Shown piece after piece: positions 19,467 through 30,385 of a DNA stretch of 64,000 nt. The stretch spans positions 1 to 64,000 of the forward strand of contig JAHHIK010000018.1 of assembly GCA_019358935.1 (NCBI GenBank), in the 5' to 3' direction. Origin of the DNA: Tolypothrix carrinoi HA7290-LM1. GTDB taxonomy: Bacteria; Cyanobacteriota; Cyanobacteriia; Cyanobacteriales; Nostocaceae. The position numbers and the translations under genes were made by a program. Each line of letters opens with the position of its first letter. Positions within the stretch are counted from its first letter, which is position 1. The notes beneath the pieces were generated by a model. The model was not told the origin of the DNA. It ran no database searches and saw nothing but the letters and a program-made list of their open reading frames with translations.

Positions 19467-20528
19467 ATGTCTAAGATGCGGGTGTTGTTGTCTGGGTATT
19501 ACGGTAAGGGTAATGGTGGTGATGAAGCTTTGTTAGCGACGCTTCTACAAATGCTACCAGAACATGTCACGCCTGTGGTTCTTTCTGGTAATCCACAAGA
19601 AACACAGCAACGCTATCATGTCGAGTCAAGCGATCGCATGGCACCATTATCTGTAATTCAAGCTTTGCGCTCCAGCGATGCTTTTATCTGGGGTGGTGGT
19701 AGTTTAATTCAAGATTCAACCAGTGCCATTAGCCCATTTTACTACGGCTCTTTGATGGCATTGGCACAAAAAATGAACTTGAAAACTGTTGCTTGGGCAC
19801 AAGGAATTGGTCCGTTAAAGCGTTCTTTGACTCGTTCTTTGGCGCGGAACGCCTATTCTAATTGTACCAAAGTTAGTGTACGCGATCGCGCTTCTGCTGC
19901 TTTATTATCTGATTGGCAAATACCTTTTATTCTCGCACCCGATCCGGTTTGGGCTTTGGAAAGTAAACCTGTACCCGGACTTTGGGATTTACCTGCGCCG
20001 AGAGTTGCTGTAACATTGCGATCGCATCCGCAACTCACAGAAACACGCCTTGCTAATTTAACTCGCGCCTTGGTTGATTTCCAAAAAGCTACACAAACCT
20101 TTATTTTACTGCTGCCTTTTCAAAAAAGCGAAGATTTAAGCATTGCCGAAGCTATCCAACCGCAACTAGCAGATGTCAGCAAAATTATGTGTCTGGAAGA
20201 TCCGCAACTTTTAAAAGGTGTGTATCGTGGTGTAGAAATGGCGATTGGAATGCGTTTGCACAGCTTAATTATGGCAGCTAGTGAAGGCTGTCGCTGTTTT
20301 GCTTTAAGTTACGATCCCAAAGTTAATCGCTTGATGGAAGATTTAGATATGCCAGGTTGGGATTTAGCTAGTTTACCAGATGACGCCAACTTAATTGGAA
20401 AAACTTGGATTGAGCATTATGCCAATGGAGATCCATTGTCACCAGAAAAAATTCAGTTTTTAGTAGATAGAGCACTGATCCACCGTGAGGTGTTGAGGGA
20501 AGCATTAACTATAGACTTGATAAAGTGA
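19467..20528 (+). CDS. csaB: Polysaccharide pyruvyl transferase CsaB
   Basis: GYYG.GN.GDE, GGGSLIQD, GMRLH and YDPKV motifs. Confidence 0.92.
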   Translation: MSKMRVLLSGYYGKGNGGDEALLATLLQMLPEHVTPVVLSGNPQETQQRYHVESSDRMAPLSVIQALRSSDAFIWGGGSLIQDSTSAISPFYYGSLMALAQKMNLKTVAWAQGIGPLKRSLTRSLARNAYSNCTKVSVRDRASAALLSDWQIPFILAPDPVWALESKPVPGLWDLPAPRVAVTLRSHPQLTETRLANLTRALVDFQKATQTFILLLPFQKSEDLSIAEAIQPQLADVSKIMCLEDPQLLKGVYRGVEMAIGMRLHSLIMAASEGCRCFALSYDPKVNRLMEDLDMPGWDLASLPDDANLIGKTWIEHYANGDPLSPEKIQFLVDRALIHREVLREALTIDLIK

Positions 20529-20582
20529 ATTTTTTGTCAATGGTATTTGATTAGATTAATCACAACCCTACAACTCAAACCT

Positions 20583-21059
20583 ATGCCTTTCATTTTCTCA
20601 CCAATGAACTCTGGCAGCGCACGTGTCATTCTGACTTGGCGATATGACGAGCCGTATGACTTCTACAACTTAGATTCTGGTGAAATCTCCGAGAGCGTAC
20701 AGCAATTTCTGCACCCCCACAATGCTTATTACACCATTACCAATGGTCATGGTGATCTTGCAGCCTACTGTTGCTTTGGACCGGATGCGCGGGTCAGTGG
20801 AGGTGATTACAGTGCCGAGGCACTCGATGTTGGGCTTGGTATACGTCCCAACCTGACGAGGCGGGGACTTGGTCTTCGTGTGGTTGATGCCGTACTCAAT
20901 TTCGCTCAAAGCAAGTTTGCACCAATTCTGTTTCGTGTTACAGTGGCTGAATTTAATCAGCAGGCGTTACGGATATGTGAAAAAGCTGGATTCCAGCCAG
21001 TCCAGAGGTTCCAGAGAGACCTTGATGGTAAACATTTCGTAGTCTTGACGAAGGTATAA
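20583..21059 (+). CDS. GNAT family N-acetyltransferase
   Basis: WRYDEPYDFYN, GLGIRP.LT.RGLG, VAEFN..A....EKAGF. Confidence 0.85.
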   Translation: MPFIFSPMNSGSARVILTWRYDEPYDFYNLDSGEISESVQQFLHPHNAYYTITNGHGDLAAYCCFGPDARVSGGDYSAEALDVGLGIRPNLTRRGLGLRVVDAVLNFAQSKFAPILFRVTVAEFNQQALRICEKAGFQPVQRFQRDLDGKHFVVLTKV

Positions 21060-21104
21060 CAAACGATGAAAAATCTTAAACATCCAAACCAAAGTAGTTT
21101 GTAG

Positions 21105-21194
21105 GTCGCAAATGTGAGTATAAAATCTCATGCTGGATTCAGAACTATACTTGGCGTTCATCGGCTCTGTAGCTCCACGGTGATCCCTATCTGA
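21105..21194 (-). pseudogene. Short remnant of a Tn3-family transposase
   Basis: Reads SDRDHRGATEPMNAKYSSESSMRFYTHICD, resembling the Tn3 TnpA motif NAKYG.EPG..FYTHISD. Confidence 0.5.
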
Positions 21195-21241
21195 GGTACG
21201 GCATAATTAATAATTAAGCGGCTCTTGACTAATTTAACTGC

Positions 21242-22036
21242 ATGATTCACTTACGAGCGATCGCTAAAAAAACAAACGTTAAAAAACCTGATTCTTTTCC
21301 CTTCAATCTTCCTTTAGTTAAAGCTTTTGAAGAAATTAACTTTCAAAAACCTGTAACTTTTTTCGTTGGAGAAAATGGTTCGGGTAAATCAACAATGTTG
21401 GAAGCGATCGCAGCAGGGATTAACTCAATTAGCGTTGGTGGAGAAGATATCCAGCGAGACAAAACATTAGACCCTGCTCGACAATTATCTACACAATTTA
21501 GGTTTATTTGGCAAAAAAAGACAGCACGAGGCTTTTTCTTAAGAGCAGAAGATTTCTTCAACTTTGCCAAGCGAATTAAAACAATGAGTCAAGAACTCGA
21601 AGAAGAAGCTTTAGAATATGAGCAAAAATTTACCGGAACTGGTTTGAAATTAGCCAAAGCTTCTGCACTAAAACAGAAAGCCGGTTTAACTCAAAAATAT
21701 GGTGACAACCTTGATGCTAATTCTCACGGTGAAAGCTTTCTCAAACTTTTTCAAGCACGCTTCGTTCCCGGTGGATTATATCTGCTTGATGAGCCAGAAG
21801 CACCACTTTCTCCACTACGACAATTAGCATTTTTGTCTTTGCTAAAAGAAATGGTAAATCAAGATAGCCAATTTATCATTGTCACACATTCTCCAATTAT
21901 TATGGCTTTTCCGGAAGCATCAATTCTCAGTTTTGATTCCTCCCCACCAAAAGAAGTTGCTTATGATGAATTGGAACACGTTTCTTTAACGAAAGCTTTT
22001 TTAAATAATCCGCAATCTTTTCTTAGACATTTGTAG
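21242..22036 (+). CDS. Stand-alone ABC/AAA-type ATPase (COG3910-like)
   Basis: Walker [16 protein letters not shown], Walker B YLLDEPE and THSP. Confidence 0.88.
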   Translation: MIHLRAIAKKTNVKKPDSFPFNLPLVKAFEEINFQKPVTFFVGENGSGKSTMLEAIAAGINSISVGGEDIQRDKTLDPARQLSTQFRFIWQKKTARGFFLRAEDFFNFAKRIKTMSQELEEEALEYEQKFTGTGLKLAKASALKQKAGLTQKYGDNLDANSHGESFLKLFQARFVPGGLYLLDEPEAPLSPLRQLAFLSLLKEMVNQDSQFIIVTHSPIIMAFPEASILSFDSSPPKEVAYDELEHVSLTKAFLNNPQSFLRHL

Positions 22037-22200
22037 TAAGCGCTTCAGCGCTTTAGATTTTAACTGGAATGAGCGCAATCGACAAAGTCGTAAGTAGCGG
22101 TAATTCATGAATTACCGCTACCGAATAATCGGCTTTTCAATTATTTTTGCGTAAGTCCTATTTAATACAAGCGCTTTAGCGCTTAATACGATCTTTTAAT

Positions 22201-23328
22201 TCATCCCCACAATCTTCTACCAGCTTTCCCATTTAATCTCTCGTGAGTATCTTTCAACAAAGCCGGAATATTCAACTTTTCTGGACATTTAGGTAAACAC
22301 TCACCGCACTCTGTACACTTATTCGCTTTCATTCCAGCGAACCAGTGACCGGCATTTTCAAACATACCGTAGCGATATTGTCCATAGTCGCTCATATCGT
22401 ATGCTACAGCAAGATTCCGCAAGCGCAATACTTCCGGTATATTGATATTTGCTGGACAAGGTAAACAAGCATAGCATTGACTGCACTTGTCAGTTGCCAA
22501 AGCTGTATTTTTATGACTTTCTAAACGTTCAAAAACAGCAATTTGTTCTGATGTTAATTTACCGTCGAAATTAGCCGCTTGTATTGGTTCTAGCAATTCA
22601 TCAGGGTTTGCAGCTCCGACGCTGAGGGTGGTAATGTCAGGATTGCTGAGTAAAAAACGATAATTTAACTCTAAGGGTGAAAACGGAGAACACAAATCTT
22701 TGAGAATTTGAGGTGGGGTGTAAAGCTTTCCTCCCTTATCAGCTGGAGAAATGATAAAAATGCCCATGTCCTTTTGATGAGCTAACTGAATTGCTGGTGC
22801 GTTCCGTTGGAAAAAGTAGTAATAATGCAGATTGACAAATTCAAATAAATCTGTATTGAGAGCTGCAAGAATTACATCAAGGGAACCGTGAGTAGAAAAG
22901 CCTACGTGTTTGATGCGGCGATCGCGCTTCGCTTCTTGCACTGCTTGCATACAACCATTTTTGGCTTGAACCCAGTTTAAATGCTCAGTTGTATTTAAAC
23001 CATGAATTCCCAGACAATCTACATAATCTAGCTTTAATCGCGCCAGAGATTCATCAATATACCGACGCATTGTATCAGCATCGGGTGTGGGAGGAATTTT
23101 AGTAGTAATGTGAAGCTGATTTCTGGGTATTTGTCCCCCAATCAACGCCGCACCAAGATACTCCTCACTGTTGCCATAGCCTTTAGCAGTTTCTATATGA
23201 TTAATTCCTGAGGCGATCGCTTTTTGGATCGTTAAGAGCGCATTTTCAAAAGAAGCCAAGTAACGCATTGTCCCCAAGGAAAGCACCGAGAGGTGTAAAT
23301 TCGTTTTTCCAAAACGTCGGTATTGCAT
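22201..23328 (-). CDS. Aldo/keto reductase with C-terminal 4Fe-4S domain
   Basis: MQYRRFGKT..LGTMR; CSQCYACLPCP and CTECGECLPKCP. Confidence 0.9.
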   Translation of the reverse strand: MQYRRFGKTNLHLSVLSLGTMRYLASFENALLTIQKAIASGINHIETAKGYGNSEEYLGAALIGGQIPRNQLHITTKIPPTPDADTMRRYIDESLARLKLDYVDCLGIHGLNTTEHLNWVQAKNGCMQAVQEAKRDRRIKHVGFSTHGSLDVILAALNTDLFEFVNLHYYYFFQRNAPAIQLAHQKDMGIFIISPADKGGKLYTPPQILKDLCSPFSPLELNYRFLLSNPDITTLSVGAANPDELLEPIQAANFDGKLTSEQIAVFERLESHKNTALATDKCSQCYACLPCPANINIPEVLRLRNLAVAYDMSDYGQYRYGMFENAGHWFAGMKANKCTECGECLPKCPEKLNIPALLKDTHERLNGKAGRRLWG

Positions 23329-23489
23329 ATTTTAGATTGGGTAATGGGTAATGGGTAATGGGTAATGGATAATGGGCAATGGGCAATGGGCAATGGGAGA
23401 TTTTTTCCATGCCCAATGCCCCATGCCCAATGCCCAATGCCCCATGCCCCGTGCCCCATGCCCCATGCCCTATTCTCAATCTAAAATTG

Positions 23490-23984
23490 CTAGCTGTCAG
23501 AGCCGAAGCGCTTGATCAAATCTTCGGGACGGAGATTGGAAATAAATTCGCGAAACGCTTGCTGTTCGGCTTCATCAGCATCGCGATCCACGGGGATGGA
23601 AGCATCGGCGATTACTTCTTCCATAACCCAAATAGGAGCGTTGGTGCGGAGAGCGACGGCGATCGCATCGCTGGGACGCGCATCAATTTCTTTTTTGACA
23701 TCGCCTTGCTGGACAATCAAAGCTGCATAAAATGTGTCCTTTTGTAGCGAATGGATAATGACTTTTTCTAAAGTCATATTCCATAGTTCGAGAATATTCA
23801 CTATCAAATCGTGGGTTAAGGGTCTGGGAGGCTTTTGATTCTCGAGCGCACCCATAATTGCCCTAGCCTGTTCTTGACCAATATAAATTGGCAAAGCGCG
23901 GCGATCTGAAGCATCTTTCAAAAGTACAATCGGGCTGCGGGTTATAGCATCTAATGCTATGCCAGCGACTTTCATTTCAATCAT
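23490..23984 (-). CDS. Bifunctional nuclease family protein (DUF151)
   Basis: LPIYIG, RPLTHDL and DARPSDAIA motifs. Confidence 0.92.
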   Translation of the reverse strand: MIEMKVAGIALDAITRSPIVLLKDASDRRALPIYIGQEQARAIMGALENQKPPRPLTHDLIVNILELWNMTLEKVIIHSLQKDTFYAALIVQQGDVKKEIDARPSDAIAVALRTNAPIWVMEEVIADASIPVDRDADEAEQQAFREFISNLRPEDLIKRFGSDS

Positions 23985-24324
23985 TGGCGAAGCCTCTACA
24001 ATCCTTTGAGCGCTTGGTAGCTATGTAACAAATAGTACCCATTATCGGGAAAGACGGCGAAAAGAATAAACATAGGCGTTTGTTTTCTATAATTACTTCT
24101 ATTAAACTCCCTACTAGTGGTGAACACTCCTTGGAATTAAAATCGGTGTAGTTCAACAATAATCTTCTTAACCAAGTATGCCTTGTAAATGATATAAATG
24201 TCTTGATTTCTTTAGCCGATAATTTGTCTAAAATGATACCCATTATTTTTAAATTCCTGTGATAATTACGAGTTGATTTAAGTCAAAATTAGGCAATAAA
24301 TAGAGTTAGTTTCGCGAAAAAGCC

Positions 24325-24996
24325 GTGTTTACAGGATTAATCCAGTCATTAGGAACGATCAAACCTTTAGGGGGCGATTCTTGGCAAATTACATGTTTAC
24401 CCCAGTCACCTGAGTTAATTATGCAAGATTTAGCTTGTGGTGACAGTATTGCCGTCGATGGTGTTTGCCTAACGGTAGAAGAAATTTTAGAATGCGGATT
24501 TATCGCCACCGCTTCACCGGAAACTCTTCGCCGTACAACTTTGGGGAAACAATCAGAGCAGAAGTATGTTAACTTAGAAGCGTCGCTGCGAGTAGGCAGC
24601 AAAATCGGCGGTCATTTTGTCATGGGTCATGTAGACGGCACAGGACGAATGCAAGCGGTAGAACAAACTGCAACTTCTTGGGAAATGACTTTTATAGCAG
24701 CAGAAAGTGCGGCTCGCTACATTGTCCCCAAAGGCAGTATAGCCGTAAACGGCATCAGCCTGACAGTAGCCGAATATGAACCAGAACTTTCGCAATTCAA
24801 AGTGGCAGTTATTCCCCTCACCTACGCCGAAACCAACCTCCGCTATCTCCGTCCCGGTAGTTTGGTTAATCTCGAAGGAGATATTCTCGGCAAATACGTG
24901 GAAAAATTGCTTTACCCCGGCAAGCAACATACAACGGACGATGCCAGCTTTGATGAAATCACACCCGCATTCTTAACAGAAAACGGGTATTTGTGA
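24325..24996 (+). CDS. ribE: Riboflavin synthase (alpha chain)
   Basis: MFTG N-terminus, GDSIAVDGVCLT, GGHFVMGHVD and KGSIAVNGISLT. Confidence 0.95.
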   Translation: MFTGLIQSLGTIKPLGGDSWQITCLPQSPELIMQDLACGDSIAVDGVCLTVEEILECGFIATASPETLRRTTLGKQSEQKYVNLEASLRVGSKIGGHFVMGHVDGTGRMQAVEQTATSWEMTFIAAESAARYIVPKGSIAVNGISLTVAEYEPELSQFKVAVIPLTYAETNLRYLRPGSLVNLEGDILGKYVEKLLYPGKQHTTDDASFDEITPAFLTENGYL

Positions 24997-25146
24997 ATGG
25001 GGAATGGGGCATGGGGCATAGGGCATAGGGCATTGGGGAAGAGGCATCCGGTCTGGGTGAAGGGGGCATGGGGGAAAAATTCCTCTCCCCAGCTCCCCCT
25101 TGTCCCCTTGTCCCCTTGTCCCCCCCTCCCCCACTCCCCCCCTCTT

Positions 25147-26829
25147 CTAGCTTCCCGGTTGCCCAATTATCCTTGTGGTCTGTGTAGCTTGAATCAACTG
25201 GCTAAGACCGCTGTCTAATTCTACGCCTGGGTCAGTTGCAACCCAGCCTTGCGATGTCAGGTGACGCACTTCAAAGTGCAGGTGGGGACCTGTGGAATTG
25301 CCGGTGCTGCCAACTCGCCCAATTACGGTTCCTTGTTGCACTACCTGACCGGGTTGGACAAACACTTCTGACATGTGACCGTAGAGAGTTTGTTGAGCAA
25401 AACTGTGGTTAAGAATAACAGTTAAACCATAACCGCCTACATAGTCAGCAACCTCGACTTGACCAGTAGCAGCTGCTAAAATTGGTGTTCCCATCGCCGC
25501 ACCCAAATCTGTACCAGCGTGGAAACGGCGATCGCCTGTAATCGGATGCACTCGCCAACCAAACAAAGAAGTAATCGGTGAGGGAACAGATAATGGGAAC
25601 ATCATTCCCCCAGGATTAGAAGCAACTGCGCCAGTATAAGGAATTTGTGGTAATACTGATGCCAGTGGAATGTCGTAAGTTACAGTGCTGTCGCGGGGTG
25701 CAGTATTATCAGCCGTCATTGGTGCTGACAATTCCCCAGCCGAAGGAGCGATCGCACTCGAACCAACTATCGGGTTAGAATTGAAATTGCTGGGATTGGG
25801 GATAAATCGATTCGGGCGAAAAGCGCTTTTGCTGACACCAACAGAAGCAACTGGCTTTTCACGCCAACTGCCATTGTTGAGATTAATCGGACCAACCCGC
25901 GTAGAACGCCATGCGCTACGATTGAGAGTGCTTGCAAGACGACGTGGTGGTGAAACGTTAGCGATCGCCGTTGTTGCTTGACTTCTTGTGATCCAACTCG
26001 GTGCTTGTTTACGTGTTACGTCGTTATTAGAATCAGCTACACGCTCATTTCCATAAGGAGTAATCGGTATTTTCGCGCAAATACCACCCGCACCTTGCGC
26101 TAAAATGGTTCGACAACCGCTAGAGCGTTCTGTAAGTACTACAGAATTCGGTGCTTGATAATTACTCGTCCCATCGTTTTTATAGTCGTTGGGATCGATA
26201 TAGGCGTTATTGTAATCTTTTTTGCTGTCTGAGATGCTTGGTGGTTGCGAAACTTCTGAGGGTCTTTCTATAGTGCGAGAATTGCTAGATGTGGCTTGAG
26301 AATCGGATTGTGGTTTTTCTTGTCTAATTCTTGCAGGCTTAACCCGCGAAGCTTCTACCTGCCGTCTGAAGCGTCTAGCGGTAGTATCCGGTTCAGAATC
26401 AACACTCGCTCTTGAGCGTCTGATGCGAGTCACAGGTTCATCAGACTCGCTTTGACGTGTTGAGCGTCTAACTGGCTCGGATGACTGAGAAACTTCTGTT
26501 TTATTGCGTAGTCGCTTTTTGAGTCTAGCTCGACGCTCAGAAAAATCCGGTGTCGCTTGAGTCGATTCTGTTGCAGAAGCACTGCGAGAGCGCACAACCT
26601 CTTTTTTAACTGGATTTGTAACTGCCTGCCGTGAATTTTCGACAGTGGGAACGATATTATCTATTGATGTGTCTACCTGAGCATAGACAAAGCCTCCACT
26701 GAGAAGGCTGAAACTGCTTAACCAACACAGACTCTGTGCTGGTAAAGAAGATGCCAAACGTTTTGTCACAAGACATCGCTGCAATAAGTTTTGCAAACGG
26801 CGATCGCTCTTTTGATTGCGCTGCGTCAT
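25147..26829 (-). CDS. M23 family metallopeptidase with long disordered N-terminus
   Basis: HAGTD, YGH and STGPHLHFE motifs. Confidence 0.92.
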   Translation of the reverse strand: MTQRNQKSDRRLQNLLQRCLVTKRLASSLPAQSLCWLSSFSLLSGGFVYAQVDTSIDNIVPTVENSRQAVTNPVKKEVVRSRSASATESTQATPDFSERRARLKKRLRNKTEVSQSSEPVRRSTRQSESDEPVTRIRRSRASVDSEPDTTARRFRRQVEASRVKPARIRQEKPQSDSQATSSNSRTIERPSEVSQPPSISDSKKDYNNAYIDPNDYKNDGTSNYQAPNSVVLTERSSGCRTILAQGAGGICAKIPITPYGNERVADSNNDVTRKQAPSWITRSQATTAIANVSPPRRLASTLNRSAWRSTRVGPINLNNGSWREKPVASVGVSKSAFRPNRFIPNPSNFNSNPIVGSSAIAPSAGELSAPMTADNTAPRDSTVTYDIPLASVLPQIPYTGAVASNPGGMMFPLSVPSPITSLFGWRVHPITGDRRFHAGTDLGAAMGTPILAAATGQVEVADYVGGYGLTVILNHSFAQQTLYGHMSEVFVQPGQVVQQGTVIGRVGSTGNSTGPHLHFEVRHLTSQGWVATDPGVELDSGLSQLIQATQTTRIIGQPGS

Positions 26830-26995
26830 TTGTTAGAGTGCGTGTTGTGTGTAATTAAACTGGGCAATGGGCAATGGGCAATGGGCATTGGGCAATGGGC
26901 ATTGGGCAATGGGAATTAAACAAGCGGCTTTTCGTGATGCGCGTTCTAATATGATTCTTTCCATCCCCAATGCCCAATGCCCCATGCCCCATGCC

Positions 26996-27838
26996 CTATT
27001 CCCCAGTCCCTAGTCCCTTGTAACCCAAACTGATTGTACCGGGTTGAAGACAAATTTCTGGTGTTATTACTGTGTTATTATCAGAAGTTTGCATTTTGAT
27101 TCGTAGTTCTCCTGTAGAAGTTACGCCTACAACAGTCCCCGAATGATTTTTGATGTCTACTTTATCGCCCATATTCGTAAGCAAATTGAGATAATCTGAC
27201 AGAAGTATATTTACTCCTTTTTCACAAAGGCACTCAACGCCAAATTCTATTCCTCGCAAAACCTCCAAAGCTAGCATTTCCAAAGAATCAATTACATTTT
27301 TTCCCTCTTTAGCTTGCCAGAATTTCAGATTAATTCCGGTTTCTGGTACAGAGTTTGACCAGTTAATCCCCACACCAACCACTGCTTGTGTGATTTGTCC
27401 TTTATGTACTTTGGTTTCAGTCAAAATGCCGCCTAGTTTACGGCTACTTAAGACTAAATCATTGGGCCATTTAATTCCGACATTCACGCCACATTTTCGC
27501 AATTGTTTCGCAATTCCCCAACAAAGCGCCAACGTTAATTGGTAGCTGTTGCTTGCTTCTAATTGCGGGGCTATAGCGACTGAAAGATACAATCCCCCAC
27601 CAGGAGAACTCCATTGACGCCCCCATTGACCGCGTCCTGCTGTTTGAGAAGTCGCAATTACTACACAGCCTGAACCTGCACCTTGTTCTAGCAAGTGCCA
27701 CACAGTAAGGTTAGTAGAGGCTACGGTGTCAAAAACATGTAGAGACAATGGTAAATATTTATGCTCGCGCCTCATGAGGGCGATTTCTAACTGTTGCCGA
27801 TCAAATTCCACAGGGTTTACCGAAATCCCGTTGTACAA
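26996..27838 (-). CDS. birA: Biotin-[acetyl-CoA-carboxylase] ligase
   Basis: STN, QTAGRGQWGR.W.S, KWPND and KLGGIL motifs. Confidence 0.93.
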   Translation of the reverse strand: MYNGISVNPVEFDRQQLEIALMRREHKYLPLSLHVFDTVASTNLTVWHLLEQGAGSGCVVIATSQTAGRGQWGRQWSSPGGGLYLSVAIAPQLEASNSYQLTLALCWGIAKQLRKCGVNVGIKWPNDLVLSSRKLGGILTETKVHKGQITQAVVGVGINWSNSVPETGINLKFWQAKEGKNVIDSLEMLALEVLRGIEFGVECLCEKGVNILLSDYLNLLTNMGDKVDIKNHSGTVVGVTSTGELRIKMQTSDNNTVITPEICLQPGTISLGYKGLGTGE

Positions 27839-27888
27839 GTTAACATTAATTGGCTGAAGAAAGATTTTCTGTTTAGGTTTAGACCGAG

Positions 27889-28686
27889 ATGCACACTTGG
27901 AACTGGCACACTTGGGAAGGAATGCCTTACCTGACTTGCAGTCTACTAGAACGTTTACCTCACGGCTTTTTCACCCACCAGTTTTGGTCACGTTCTCCGC
28001 AAGAGTTAACTAAGGTCTTGCAACCAGAAGCATTAGCTTATCGCTTAAAACAGGTTCATGGCAACATCGTTCTCACACCGCAGGAAATTACTAGCAAGTT
28101 AAGTGCGGGTGGCGATGATGTTGAAGGAGAAGGTGATTCTGCCCTGGTATTGGGAGACGGTTTGATGAGCGAAGAACCTCTACAAGCGTTGTGGGTAGCT
28201 AGCGCTGATTGTACACCGGTGCTGATTGCCGATGAAAAGACTCTTCAAGTGGCAGCAGTACATGCAGGTTGGCGGGGTACGGCATCTAAGATTGTACCGC
28301 AAGCGATCGCCCGATTTATTGCCCAAGGCAGCAAAATCGAAAATTTACAAATCGCCCTCGGACCTGCGATCGCTGGCGAAGTTTACCAAGTTTCAGAACA
28401 GGTAGCAGCAGAAATAGGCGCAAGCATTATACCACATAATGATGAAAAAACTATTATTGATGCCATGTATCAGCTAGCAAATTCACCTTTATTACCCGAT
28501 CCACATTCTGGAAAAGTGCGGTTAGATGTGCGACGGGTAAATGCTTTACAGATGGAAATGTTGGGAATTGCATCTGAACAAATAGCGATCGCACCTTATT
28601 GTACTTTTCAAACCCCAGATTATTTCTTTTCTTATCGCCGCGAAAAACAGAAAAAAGTTCAATGGTCAGGAATCGTCAGCGTTTAA
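27889..28686 (+). CDS. pgeF: Peptidoglycan editing factor PgeF (YfiH/laccase-domain)
   Basis: QVHG, ADC.PV, HAGWRG, GPAI and FFSYRR motifs. Confidence 0.92.
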   Translation: MHTWNWHTWEGMPYLTCSLLERLPHGFFTHQFWSRSPQELTKVLQPEALAYRLKQVHGNIVLTPQEITSKLSAGGDDVEGEGDSALVLGDGLMSEEPLQALWVASADCTPVLIADEKTLQVAAVHAGWRGTASKIVPQAIARFIAQGSKIENLQIALGPAIAGEVYQVSEQVAAEIGASIIPHNDEKTIIDAMYQLANSPLLPDPHSGKVRLDVRRVNALQMEMLGIASEQIAIAPYCTFQTPDYFFSYRREKQKKVQWSGIVSV

Positions 28687-28882
28687 GAATTCGTAGTGAG
28701 CGCTGTACTCGCTTAAATCAAAGACTAAAATTCAGATAACAATTCAAAAAAAAGCATAATCACAAAATGCGATCGCCTAATTTATTTTTGCAGGTATCAT
28801 CAAACAACATTACGCCACTTTTAACGGCTTCTGAGGGATAAAACCCTAGATGTTAAGCGGGAGCGCTGTCAAAAAGGAAAAT

Positions 28883-29578
28883 ATGCCGATTAAACTTTAC
28901 GATTTAGCTGGAGCAGAGGACGATTGCCGCTTTAGTCCCCCTTGTTGGCAAGTCAAGATGGCTTTAAAACACAAAGGACTTAATGCAGAAGAAATTCCTT
29001 GGCGGTTTACAGAGAAAGAGGCGATCGCTTTTTCCGGGCAGGGACTGGTTCCTGTCTTGGTCGATGGCAACAAGACTGTGAATGATAGTTGGGAAATTGC
29101 TCGTTACTTGGAAACAACTTATGCAGATCGCCCAAGTTTATTTAACGGGAAGGTTGGCGAATCGGGGGCTTTATTCATGAAGTTTTGGTCTGAACAAGCT
29201 ATTTATCCACTGATTTTCCGTATTATTCTCCTAGATTTGTTTGATAATTTACATGAAAAGGACAAAGCGTACTTTCGCGAGAGTCGGGAGAAACGTTTGG
29301 GAGTGACGCTGGAAGAATTTGCAACACCGAATGATGCAACCATTACTGCTTTGCGAACAGCGTTATCTCCTCTAAGGGAAGTTCTTTCTCGTCAGCTTTA
29401 TCTAGGCGGCGATCAGCCCTATTTTGGTGACTATATTGCCTTTGCAGAATTTCAATGGGCAAGAACAGTCAGTCCAATCCAGTTGCTCGCCAAAGACGAT
29501 CCAATTTACAGCTTATGCGATCGCTTGCTGGATGCTTTCGATGGTTATGCTCGCAATGCATCTGGTTATGCAGTCTAA
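28883..29578 (+). CDS. Glutathione S-transferase family protein (beta-etherase/LigE-like)
   Basis: LYDL.G....FSP.CW...AL.HKGL, VPVL.DG, DSW.IA.YLE and YFRESRE. Confidence 0.85.
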   Translation: MPIKLYDLAGAEDDCRFSPPCWQVKMALKHKGLNAEEIPWRFTEKEAIAFSGQGLVPVLVDGNKTVNDSWEIARYLETTYADRPSLFNGKVGESGALFMKFWSEQAIYPLIFRIILLDLFDNLHEKDKAYFRESREKRLGVTLEEFATPNDATITALRTALSPLREVLSRQLYLGGDQPYFGDYIAFAEFQWARTVSPIQLLAKDDPIYSLCDRLLDAFDGYARNASGYAV

Positions 29579-29818
29579 AAATTCATTGAAGGGATGGGCT
29601 GTAGGAACGCGATTCACGACATCTATTTGGAAGCGATCGCGCTTATGATATGGCAGCGAGAATATTACAGGTGTTGTTCAACTTTTCATCTGAGCGTCTC
29701 GGTTGGTGAAACCCTAAATGGCGACAGACAACATCCAAACTACTGTCGAATATTGTATTCTCAGTATTCCCATCTGCCATTAATGAATAAGCGATCGCCC
29801 CTACAAATAGCTTATGCT

Positions 29819-29882
29819 CCTTATTGTACTTTTCAAACCCCAGATTATTTCTTTTCTTATCGCCGCGAAAAACAGAAAAAAG
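29819..29882 (+). repeat. 64-bp exact duplicate of pgeF 3' region (28594-28657)
   Basis: CCTTATTGTACTTTTCAAACCCCAG...CAGAAAAAAG is identical at both positions. Confidence 0.9.
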
Positions 29883-30385
29883 CTAGCGTCTGAGCATGTT
29901 TTTGCTTTTGCCCGACACAATCGCGAAGGGTGCGGCTATACAAACGCTCGTCCGCCTACGCAAACTTCAGAAAAGGAATAATATTGAACGCGATCGCCTA
30001 CTTCATTTTATTTAAGAGGCGATCGCAGCTAGGAAAATGAGCAAACATCTCAAACAGAATGTCTAATCTCCACAGCCAAGAAGTTTTACACTTGTATGCT
30101 GGGTTTGACTATGTTTTACCCAATCGACAATTTATATCTGCCATAAACCCTTTCTAACTAACTCTGGCAAATAGTCTAGGTATTTTGAAAGACTGTGACT
30201 CTTACCAATAAAAGATGTAGCGTCTTCATTTATAATTTTTGGATGCCACTCTTTATCTCATTGTTCCCACCAGCATTCTTGATGTATCACTTTTAAGATT
30301 GAGGAAGCGATCGCCCCACTTCCCCCACACAATCCTTCACCAACGATAAAATCACTAAGGAGTCACCTATTCTGCCTTAGTACCG

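Noticed and set aside
21242..22036. ATPase as part of an anti-phage system
   Set aside because: No partner nuclease or effector adjacent; looks like a stand-alone COG3910-type ATPase
29594..29893. 99-aa ORF as a real gene
   Set aside because: Chimera of intergenic scraps and the duplicated pgeF segment
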